Positions 56,676 through 64,000 of a stretch of DNA of 64,000 nt are shown piece by piece. The stretch comes from a virus. The notes under the pieces are model-generated. The model was not told the origin of the DNA and searched no databases. It saw nothing but the letters and a program-made list of their open reading frames with translations. The position numbers and the translations under genes are program-made. The number at the start of each line of letters is the position of its first letter. Within the stretch, counting starts at the first letter, position 1. The stretch spans positions 1-64,000 of the IMG/VR virus record IMGVR_UViG_3300022848_000777, one strand, 5' to 3'.

Positions 56676-57887
56676 ATGGAGTTTTGGGATAGTACGCCAG
56701 ACAAACCTGAGTTTGTTTTTGAAGATCAAAAGAGGTTGTTAATTGAGAATATGGATTACTTATCCACTATGACGGTAGAGGAACAAACTCTATACAAAAA
56801 GTGGGTAGAGTTGCAAGAGGAAGTAATGATGGTTAATAAATCTCATATTACTGAATTATACGATTCACAATGGAATCCTACTGACATCAATGACGTTGAA
56901 CAAACGGTAAAAGAAATTGAAAATATTGATCCGTATGTTCAAATCGTAGATGATCCGAATGATTCAACTCAATGGTCTTATCTTAGAAAAATGATTCATT
57001 CTATGAGTTTTGTAGCAAATCCAGGCCGCAACGTTAAAGTTAATGTAAAGGATAGGGTTAGTGGTAAACTGTTAGGTCAGATATCATTAGCATCTGATGT
57101 TACTTCAATGGCGGCACGGGATAATTACATAGGGTGGACACGTGATGATCGGTTTAAGAAAGGTAAGTTAAACCACACATCTATAGCATCAACTATAGTA
57201 TGTACTCAACCGTTGGGTTATAACTTTTTGGGTGGTAAACTTATCGCAGCTATGGCTACTGTTTCAGAGATTCGTGATTATTGGAAATCTAATTACGGTC
57301 AAACTTTGATAGCAGTGGGTACTACATCTCTATATGGAATACATTCGCAGTATAATGGTATACCACATTTCAAAACAGTTGGGGAATCTGCAGGTAAGAT
57401 ATCAATTAAACCTGATGATAAGTTCTACGATCCGTGGCATCAGTGGTTAAAAGAAAACCATAGTGAGTGGTATGAGACAAATATAACCGAAGAAAGAGCA
57501 CGTAATGGTGAAAGTATGGGTTATGATCGAAATGGGCCTGTGAGTGGTATTAAACAAAAGATACTATCAAAAATACTTAAAGAGTGTGGTATCAAACAAT
57601 CTGAATATCATCATGGATTTCATAGGGGGGTGTATTTGGCAATGATGTATGATAATGGGAATGAATTTCTTTGTGATACAATCAATGAAGATGATTTGGT
57701 AATGAAGAAGAAGTTTATCGAAGGTATTGATTATATTACTAAATGGTGGAAGCCAAAAGCAATACGCAGATATAAGAAATTACATTCAGAGGGTAGATTG
57801 AAACCAGATCATCTATTTTATGGTGATGGTATTGGAAAGGATTGGGAGACATTTAAAAAAGAACGGTTAAAAGAAATAGGTAGATGA
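56676..57887 (+). CDS. DUF4338/DruA-like protein
   Basis: PGRN, G.I.L.SD, RD.YIGW, P.G.N.LGGKL.A and TTSLYG..SQY motifs. Confidence 0.65.
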   Translation: MEFWDSTPDKPEFVFEDQKRLLIENMDYLSTMTVEEQTLYKKWVELQEEVMMVNKSHITELYDSQWNPTDINDVEQTVKEIENIDPYVQIVDDPNDSTQWSYLRKMIHSMSFVANPGRNVKVNVKDRVSGKLLGQISLASDVTSMAARDNYIGWTRDDRFKKGKLNHTSIASTIVCTQPLGYNFLGGKLIAAMATVSEIRDYWKSNYGQTLIAVGTTSLYGIHSQYNGIPHFKTVGESAGKISIKPDDKFYDPWHQWLKENHSEWYETNITEERARNGESMGYDRNGPVSGIKQKILSKILKECGIKQSEYHHGFHRGVYLAMMYDNGNEFLCDTINEDDLVMKKKFIEGIDYITKWWKPKAIRRYKKLHSEGRLKPDHLFYGDGIGKDWETFKKERLKEIGR

Positions 57888-57941
57888 TGGATTATAGAGA
57901 AATACATGGTGATTTGATTAAATTAGCAGAAGAAGGAAATT

Positions 57942-58874
57942 ATGACAAATAATAATGAACATTCACTTTTTGTGGAAAAGTATCGTCCTGATACATTAGA
58001 TGGTTACGTTGGTAATGAAACCATACTACAAAAAGTCAGAGGGTATATTAAGAATGAAGATGTACCACATCTACTTCTATATGGTGGTGCAGGTACGGGT
58101 AAAACCACATTAGCAAAAATCATTACAAACTCAATTGATTGTGATGTGATGTATATTAACGCATCTGATGAAAACAACGTAGATACTGTTAGAGATAAGA
58201 TCCGTGGCTTCGCATCATCAATGGGATTTAGAACATGGAAAGTTATCATATTAGATGAATCTGATTATCTAACACCAAATGCACAAGCTGCATTACGGAA
58301 TCTAATGGAAACCTTTTCAAGAACAACGAGATTTATTTTGACTTGTAATTATGTTGAAAAGATAATTGATCCAATTCAGAGTAGATGTCAGACATTTGGA
58401 ATCATACCACCATCAAAGGCAGAGGTAGCTAAACGATTGAAAGACATTCTTGATACTGAGAAAGTATCATATCAGATGGAAGATTTGGCAACCTTAGTTA
58501 ATAGTGGGTATCCTGATATTAGAAGAGTATTAAACTCAGCACAACGACAAATTGTAGATGGTGAAATTCAGATAGATAAGCAATCAACTATACAGGCTAA
58601 CTATATGGGTGAGGTGATATCTGAATTAAAATCCAGTAGTGATACTAAGGTATGTTTTATGAACATACGTAAGATAATTGCAGATTCGAAGGTAAGAGAT
58701 TTTACACCATTCTATAGTTTCTTATATCAGAACGTAGATGAATATGCAAACGGTAAGGTGGGTAATACTATCCTAAAAATAGCAGATGGTCAATATAAAG
58801 AATCTGCCGTTGTCGACAAAGAGATAGCTATCATGGCTATGTTACTCGAAATTATAATAGATATAAAATCATAA
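57942..58874 (+). CDS. gp44: Clamp loader ATPase subunit (gp44/RFC-like)
   Basis: EKYRP, G.AGTGKTT, INASDE, ILDESD, AQAALR and IQSRC motifs. Confidence 0.95.
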   Translation: MTNNNEHSLFVEKYRPDTLDGYVGNETILQKVRGYIKNEDVPHLLLYGGAGTGKTTLAKIITNSIDCDVMYINASDENNVDTVRDKIRGFASSMGFRTWKVIILDESDYLTPNAQAALRNLMETFSRTTRFILTCNYVEKIIDPIQSRCQTFGIIPPSKAEVAKRLKDILDTEKVSYQMEDLATLVNSGYPDIRRVLNSAQRQIVDGEIQIDKQSTIQANYMGEVISELKSSSDTKVCFMNIRKIIADSKVRDFTPFYSFLYQNVDEYANGKVGNTILKIADGQYKESAVVDKEIAIMAMLLEIIIDIKS

Positions 58875-58891
58875 ACAAAAAAAGTAAAATT

Positions 58892-59071
58892 ATGGAACCA
58901 CAAACACAATCGGAAATAACATTCCAAGAAATGAAAGCTCTATTCGAAGCATTTGAAAAAGAGCATTACGGTACAACAAAAGCATCGAAAGGTAGGGCTA
59001 GAAAACACATTGGTGAATTGAAGAAGTTAGTAACTGATTATAGAAAAGAATCTGTAAATGAATCAAAATAA
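58892..59071 (+). CDS. Small basic Hc1/histone-H1-like protein (59 aa, not in ORF track)
   Basis: KASKGRARKHIGELKKLVTDYRKES; TAATG-coupled to the next gene. Confidence 0.6.
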   Translation: MEPQTQSEITFQEMKALFEAFEKEHYGTTKASKGRARKHIGELKKLVTDYRKESVNESK

Positions 59072-59322
59072 TGGGTAAACTTATAGATATGAATGGTGGT
59101 AACGGGTCGGAGTTACCACCAACTAAGTTAGATCCGACGAAATTGGAGACATTGAAATGTTCTAATTGTGATGGTATATTTTTTGAGGAAGTTACATTGT
59201 TCAAAAGAGTACCCGCTATGCAATCACCAAATGGGCAGAAATCAATGTTACCAATTCCAATGATTATTTGCAAGCAGTGTGGGCAACCGCATGAAGATTT
59301 ATCACCAATTAATCTAATCTAA
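59071..59322 (+). CDS. Zn-ribbon protein
   Basis: Two CxxC motifs. Confidence 0.65.
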   Translation: MGKLIDMNGGNGSELPPTKLDPTKLETLKCSNCDGIFFEEVTLFKRVPAMQSPNGQKSMLPIPMIICKQCGQPHEDLSPINLI

Positions 59323-59771
59323 TGGGTGCTAAATCCACAGTGAAGAAACCCCGTAGTATATTTCAGCACCTCTCAGGAATAAAAGAGCAGAAAGTAAAGT
59401 GGGATACCCTAACCGAAATGGATAGGAAATCATTCTCACCATTCATTATTAATAGATCGATTTCCATGAATATGGATTATCTGCCAATTATAAATGAGTT
59501 GCAGAAATATACTATAGGGTTATTAAAGCCACGTGAGGTTTATAAGTTGTATTTGGATTTCCTACCTAAGAAGAAAACATTTGATAAGTACATCAAAGGT
59601 GATAAATCTGAGAAATACAATAAAGATTTATTGATGTACTTATCCAAATGGTATGGTGTATCTCAACGTGAAACTATTGATTATTTGGGTATCTTATCTA
59701 AAGATGCGGTGATTGAAATTGTAATGAAATATGGATTGAGTAATAAAGAAGCTAAAAAGTTATTAAAATGA
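59322..59771 (+). CDS. gp62: Clamp loader small subunit (gp62-like)
   Basis: F.PFIINR.ISM, YGVS.RE...YL motifs; near gp44. Confidence 0.7.
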   Translation: MGAKSTVKKPRSIFQHLSGIKEQKVKWDTLTEMDRKSFSPFIINRSISMNMDYLPIINELQKYTIGLLKPREVYKLYLDFLPKKKTFDKYIKGDKSEKYNKDLLMYLSKWYGVSQRETIDYLGILSKDAVIEIVMKYGLSNKEAKKLLK

Positions 59772-59989
59772 AAGATAAAGAAATTGAAAAAACAATTGAA
59801 TACGCTAGAAGTAGAATTAGAAGTTTTACAAATGAAATTCAAAGTAATTTAAACAATACTAATCCTACAGATTCGACGTATGTCACCACAGGATATTTAC
59901 TTGATGAACTTGCTAGATATGATGCACACATACAGATGATGAATAAATATATCATCAACGGAAATACAAAACAACTATTAAATGGATAA
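59768..59989 (+). CDS. Hypothetical protein
   Basis: Translationally coupled small ORF. Confidence 0.5.
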   Translation: MKDKEIEKTIEYARSRIRSFTNEIQSNLNNTNPTDSTYVTTGYLLDELARYDAHIQMMNKYIINGNTKQLLNG

Positions 59990-60383
59990 TATGATAAATG
60001 AACGTAATAATGGTATAATCATTGCTGACACAGAGGATGGTTTTTCAGTTTCACCAATGGTGGAGTGTGCAACTAGATACCCGTTAATGACAGAAGAATT
60101 CCGCAAAATTCAACAAGAACAATATGAATTATTTTGTAGAAAATCCTTAAATTATGGCACAGGAAACATATCTTTAGGAAGTACACTTGAAACATCTGAT
60201 GATGTTAAATTATCATTGACTGGTATTTGGTTTAGGATGCAAGATAAAATAAACCGATTAAAGCAATTGGTAGTGTTATCAAAAGATGATTTAGTAGGTG
60301 AATCGTTAGAAGACACCTATAGTGATTTATCAAACTATAGTATTATTTCTCAGATAGTAGGAAGGGGTAAGTGGGGTAAGTAA
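59982..60383 (+). CDS. Nucleotide-modification-associated domain protein (Nmad1/DUF1599-like)
   Basis: K..NYG, RMQDKI.RL and ES.EDT..DL.NY motifs. Confidence 0.7.
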   Translation: MDNMINERNNGIIIADTEDGFSVSPMVECATRYPLMTEEFRKIQQEQYELFCRKSLNYGTGNISLGSTLETSDDVKLSLTGIWFRMQDKINRLKQLVVLSKDDLVGESLEDTYSDLSNYSIISQIVGRGKWGK

Positions 60384-60408
60384 TTAATAAATTTTTAACA
60401 TTAAAAGC

Positions 60409-60438
60409 TTGGTATATCCAGGCTTTTTTTGTATATTG
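60409..60438 (+). promoter_or_regulatory. Early/middle-type promoter TTGG-N19-TATATTG
   Basis: Implies the next ORF starts at ATG 60454 rather than 60409. Confidence 0.7.
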
Positions 60439-60453
60439 TATGCACATATAATT

Positions 60454-60645
60454 ATGAAGAAGGTTGAAATAATAGGAAAGGAATTTGCATTAGATTTGAG
60501 CAATTCATCGCCAGTTTTAGTAAAAGTTAAGGATATTACCGATACTATTGTTATCGTTGAATATTTAAATTCAACATACGGAAGAACTGAGACGTTCTTA
60601 ATATCTGATTTTGAATATTTAGCAATGATTAAAATTCAATTATGA
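60454..60645 (+). CDS. Small hypothetical protein
   Basis: MKKVEIIGKEF..., directly behind the promoter. Confidence 0.5.
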   Translation: MKKVEIIGKEFALDLSNSSPVLVKVKDITDTIVIVEYLNSTYGRTETFLISDFEYLAMIKIQL

Positions 60646-61625
60646 AAGAAAGTAAGATAAATAATATACTATCATTTAATATAGTTGAACCAAAAGATGG
60701 TGAGAAATCTGTATCGTATTCACAATATACGATGTACGCTAAATGCCCACATCAATGGAAGTTAGCATATAAGGATAAGATTCGGAAGTTTGATCCAAGT
60801 GTGCATTTGGTATTTGGTACGGCAATGCATGAGGTATTGCAAGATTGGTTACATACATTATATACTAAATCAATAAATGAAGCATCTGAAATGAATTTAT
60901 GTCAGATGTTACATGATAAGTTGATATTTCAGTATGTGAAAATGCAGGAAGAGTGTGGTGGTGATCATTTCTCTACACCATCTGAGCTAGAAGAGTTCTT
61001 TCAAGATGGATGTGATATCATAGAATTTGTTACAAACCGAAGGTCAGATTATTTTAGCACAAAGCAATTGGAGTTGGTGGCTATAGAGTTACCAATATAC
61101 AGTCAGGCAGTAGATGGTTATTCAGTTTACATTAAAGGGTATCTAGATTTAGTTTTTCAGAATAAATACACAGGTAAGATTGAGATATGGGATATAAAAA
61201 CCTCAACTAAGGGTTGGAATAAATATCAAAAGGCCGATAAGACTAAGATAGCGCAGTTAATTCTTTATAAGATATACCTTTCTAAGCAGTTTGGATATCC
61301 AGTGGATGGTATTGATGTTAAATATTTTATAGTTAAAAGAAAGCTATATGAGGGGATGATGTTTGCACAGAAACGTGTGCAAATGTTTTCACCTGCAAAC
61401 GGAAGTGTAACAGTGAATGAACTTACTAAAAAGTTTGAATCATTTGTGAAAAACGCATATAATCCTGATGGTAGTTTTACAGAAAGTGGTAAGTTCCCAG
61501 CAAAGGTGGGTAAGAATTCAAAAAATTGTAAATATTGTGTTTTTAAAGATGATTTCGAACGGTGTCCAAAAGAGAACAGAACAAAACCACCTACACCACC
61601 TAAAGCACCTAAAGCACCTAAATAA
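60642..61625 (+). CDS. PD-(D/E)xK nuclease (RecB/Cas4-like)
   Basis: SYSQ, CP, FGTAMH, E, GYLDL, DIKTS, QL..Y and C..C.F.....C motifs. Confidence 0.85.
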   Translation: MKESKINNILSFNIVEPKDGEKSVSYSQYTMYAKCPHQWKLAYKDKIRKFDPSVHLVFGTAMHEVLQDWLHTLYTKSINEASEMNLCQMLHDKLIFQYVKMQEECGGDHFSTPSELEEFFQDGCDIIEFVTNRRSDYFSTKQLELVAIELPIYSQAVDGYSVYIKGYLDLVFQNKYTGKIEIWDIKTSTKGWNKYQKADKTKIAQLILYKIYLSKQFGYPVDGIDVKYFIVKRKLYEGMMFAQKRVQMFSPANGSVTVNELTKKFESFVKNAYNPDGSFTESGKFPAKVGKNSKNCKYCVFKDDFERCPKENRTKPPTPPKAPKAPK

Positions 61626-61727
61626 TCCAAAGGTATAACAATACCTAGTCAGATTGAAAAAGATTCAAAAAGACAAACTGAAATCGAAGCACATCTTATG
61701 TGTGAATTCATTCGGATAAGTGAATAA
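61626..61727 (+). pseudogene. C-terminal relic of a homing endonuclease
   Basis: EKDSKRQTEIEAHLMCEFIRISE* aligns with VKDIQRQNEIETHLNCKFIRIRC of 7809..8552. Confidence 0.75.
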
Positions 61728-61741
61728 TAATACGTATATTG
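61712..61741 (+). promoter_or_regulatory. Early/middle-type promoter TCGG-N19-TATATTG
   Basis: Seventh copy of the motif. Confidence 0.65.
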
Positions 61742-61764
61742 TAGTAATAATTTAAATTCATAAT

Positions 61765-62262
61765 ATGAAATATTTGATATTAATAACATCGTTATTTTTA
61801 ACATCCTATACGTTGGTAAGTACAACGCCAGAGGTTTATATAGATTCAATACCCATTAAAACCATTGAGTTGGTAGAGGAATCTCCTGAATTGAAAATTG
61901 AGGTTGTTGATTATACTAATTTAGAATCATTAATTAATGCTATTATTATGGTGGAAAGTAGTGGTAATGATTCTGCGTATTGTAAAAAAGAAAAAGCAGT
62001 CGGATGTTTACAAATAAGACCTATCATGTTAGCTGAGTGTAATCGAATTCTAAAGATTCAAAACTCACCACACCGATATCTACCATCAGATAGATGGGAT
62101 CGTGATAAATCAATAACTATATTTAAAATAGTATCTAATTACCATAACAAATACTCTACTTATGAATCTATTGCTCGGTTTTGGAATGGTGGGCCTAAAT
62201 GGTCTAAGAAAAAACAGACTAAACTGTATTGGAATAAAGTAAAAAGAAACCTTAAAGTATGA
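61765..62262 (+). CDS. Signal-anchored lysozyme/lytic-transglycosylase-like protein
   Basis: N-terminal hydrophobic segment; AII.VES.G, GCLQI, AR.WNGG and YW.KV motifs. Confidence 0.8.
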   Translation: MKYLILITSLFLTSYTLVSTTPEVYIDSIPIKTIELVEESPELKIEVVDYTNLESLINAIIMVESSGNDSAYCKKEKAVGCLQIRPIMLAECNRILKIQNSPHRYLPSDRWDRDKSITIFKIVSNYHNKYSTYESIARFWNGGPKWSKKKQTKLYWNKVKRNLKV

Positions 62263-62654
62263 AGATTGCAATAATAGGTGGTGAACGATATGATGATATT
62301 AGGAAAATAAGAGAGTTTATCTTTAATATAAAGAAAAAGATAGGAACTGATATTAAAATTGTGACACGAGGGAAACGTGTGGGTTGTGAGTTTTGGGTGA
62401 AAAAATATACACTTGAATTTGGATTAGATTATGCAGAGTATAATCCAGCCCATACACAAAGAACACTATATAGTGGTATGCCTGATGATTACTATGGGAA
62501 AGTATATCACCCAACGCAACGATTACATCAATACGATTGTATTGTTAAGAATTGTAATAAAATAGTCTACTTCGGTGGAATTAAAAAAACTGAAAAAACC
62601 CACTTTGAAAGGTTACTGAAACGATCGGGTAAGACAGTTGTTTACGTTAATTGA
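62259..62654 (+). CDS. SLOG/YspA-like Rossmann-fold protein
   Basis: MKIAIIGG..Y and IVTRG...G.E motifs. Confidence 0.55.
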   Translation: MKIAIIGGERYDDIRKIREFIFNIKKKIGTDIKIVTRGKRVGCEFWVKKYTLEFGLDYAEYNPAHTQRTLYSGMPDDYYGKVYHPTQRLHQYDCIVKNCNKIVYFGGIKKTEKTHFERLLKRSGKTVVYVN

Positions 62655-62689
62655 ATAGAAAATAATACTTATATATAAAGTTACAATGT

Positions 62690-63292
62690 ATGAATAATAA
62701 TAAAAGAAAAAAGCCATTAATACTACTTCTTTCAGATGATTTGAGATTACATAGTGGTATAGCCACTATGTCCCGTGAAATAGTATTTAATACTGTTAAG
62801 AAATTTGATTGGATTCAAGTCGCAGCTGCCATCAACCACCCCGATAAGGGTAAATTCTTTGATATTTCAGATTCAGTTAAAAAAGAAACCAACATCCACG
62901 ATGCGAACGTTAGATTAATACCCCATGATGGGTATGGGAATCAGGATTTAATAAGACAAATTCTCGCATCCGAACGTCCAGATGCAATATTGCATTTTAC
63001 AGATCCTAGATTTTGGGATTGGTTGTATGCTATGGAAGATGAAGTAAGAAGAGTCTGCCCGATAATGTATTATTCAATCTGGGATGATGGCCCTGATCCT
63101 GATTATAATCACCCATTCTATGGAAGTTGTGATGCTATATTTGGTATTTCAAAGCAATCATATGGTATTCACCACAGGGTACTTAAAAACAATAACGGAT
63201 CGGTTATACCATTAGATAGTGATGGGTCGGTAATTGGGAATTTTGATGAATTAGTAGATTGGAATGAAATTGAAGGTAAAAACTTATGGTAA
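62690..63292 (+). CDS. GT-B (GT4-like) glycosyltransferase, N-terminal domain
   Basis: ILLLSDD.R..SG.A, RPDAI.HFTDPR and SCD.I.GISKQ motifs. Confidence 0.75.
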   Translation: MNNNKRKKPLILLLSDDLRLHSGIATMSREIVFNTVKKFDWIQVAAAINHPDKGKFFDISDSVKKETNIHDANVRLIPHDGYGNQDLIRQILASERPDAILHFTDPRFWDWLYAMEDEVRRVCPIMYYSIWDDGPDPDYNHPFYGSCDAIFGISKQSYGIHHRVLKNNNGSVIPLDSDGSVIGNFDELVDWNEIEGKNLW

Positions 63293-64000
63293 TGAAAGAA
63301 AAGTATAGTAAACATTTAGAGGGTAATACAACATATACCGCATACATACCGCATGGTGTCTCAGCACAATTCAAACCAATACCTCACCTATGTGATGAGT
63401 ATTTAGAAGTGATGAAACTAAAAGAAAAGTTAGGTATAATTCTTAAAGACTTTGTAATTTTATTTAACAATAGAAATATTAGAAGAAAGCAGCCAGGAGA
63501 TTTAATACTAGCGTATAAGGAATTTTGTGATACCTTACCAAAAGAACAATCAGATAAATGTGTTTTACTAATGCATACTGAGCCTGTTGATATGAATGGT
63601 ACTGATATATTATCAATAGTAGATATGCTCTGCCCTGATTATGATGTTGTATTTACAATGACAAAATATGATACTCAGAATCTTAATCGTTTATATAATT
63701 TAGCAGATGTCACTTTAAACATTTCTTCAAATGAGGGTTTTGGATTGGCAACTGCTGAATCATTAGCATCAGGCACACCTATAATTGTTAACGTAACTGG
63801 TGGATTGCAAGATCAGTGTGGGTTTACTGTCAATGGTGAGTATTTGAATAAAATTGATTATGTGAATAAACCATCCCTGCATGATATAAAAAACCTACCT
63901 CATAATTTGAGTTGGGGTCGTTGGGTGAATCCAGTATGGCCGACAAACCGATCACTACAGGGATCACCCACTACACCTTATATTTTTGATGATAGGTGTT
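63292..64000 (+). CDS. GT4-like glycosyltransferase, C-terminal domain (3'-truncated by the window)
   Basis: ATG 63292 in a TAATG overlap. YIPHG, NRNIRRK, YNLADV and EGFGLATAES..SGTPII motifs. Open to the window end. Confidence 0.85.
   Translation, partial: MKEKYSKHLEGNTTYTAYIPHGVSAQFKPIPHLCDEYLEVMKLKEKLGIILKDFVILFNNRNIRRKQPGDLILAYKEFCDTLPKEQSDKCVLLMHTEPVDMNGTDILSIVDMLCPDYDVVFTMTKYDTQNLNRLYNLADVTLNISSNEGFGLATAESLASGTPIIVNVTGGLQDQCGFTVNGEYLNKIDYVNKPSLHDIKNLPHNLSWGRWVNPVWPTNRSLQGSPTTPYIFDDRC

Noticed and set aside
56676-57887. Complete Druantia defence system
   Set aside because: Only a DruA-like gene is present, with no DruE helicase or partner genes.
60642-61625. Cas4 indicating a CRISPR-Cas system
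   Set aside because: Stand-alone PD-(D/E)xK nucleases are common in phages; no array or other cas genes are seen.
448-61849. Numerous other short minus-strand or nested ORFs in the track
   Set aside because: They lie antisense to or inside well-supported genes and show no motifs or expression signals.
1-64000. Alternative genetic code; tRNA or rRNA genes
   Set aside because: Core genes translate intact with the standard code, and TAG and TGA terminate genes. No tRNA cloverleaf was recognised by eye; a tRNAscan run would confirm.

Overview
AT-rich, almost entirely plus-strand segment of a large T4-like contractile-tailed phage. The host is probably Bacteroidota, inferred from a phage bS21 gene, a Bacteroidota-like promoter motif, SD-less leaders and a T9SS-like sorting domain. 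About 1-37 kb is the virion module (terminase, portal, prohead protease, scaffold, major capsid, neck, sheath, tube, tape measure, baseplate). About 37-64 kb is replication and nucleotide metabolism (mini-PolA, gp32, UvsX/RecA, 5' nuclease, gp41 helicase, NrdJ, dUTPase, Mom-like protein, PolB, clamp and clamp loader, glycosyltransferase). Three essential genes (terL, helicase, polB) are fractured, each around a free-standing Vsr/EDxHD-like homing endonuclease. TerL and the helicase carry complete split inteins. PolB is the most unusual locus. Its halves carry only a catalytically dead half of an intein (Hint) fold, which may act as a non-splicing clasp. Its catalytic YxDTDS motif is also broken by 5 nt (ACG-TA-ACT) directly behind a GC-rich 12-bp hairpin, which looks like a programmed ribosomal hop; an assembly error is the main alternative. 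Other highlights are two promoter classes that correlate with SD use and a bS21 gene, a predicted +1 frameshift in the tail chaperone, and head polyproteins with repeated protease-site-like linkers. All calls come from reading motifs by eye; no database searches were run.
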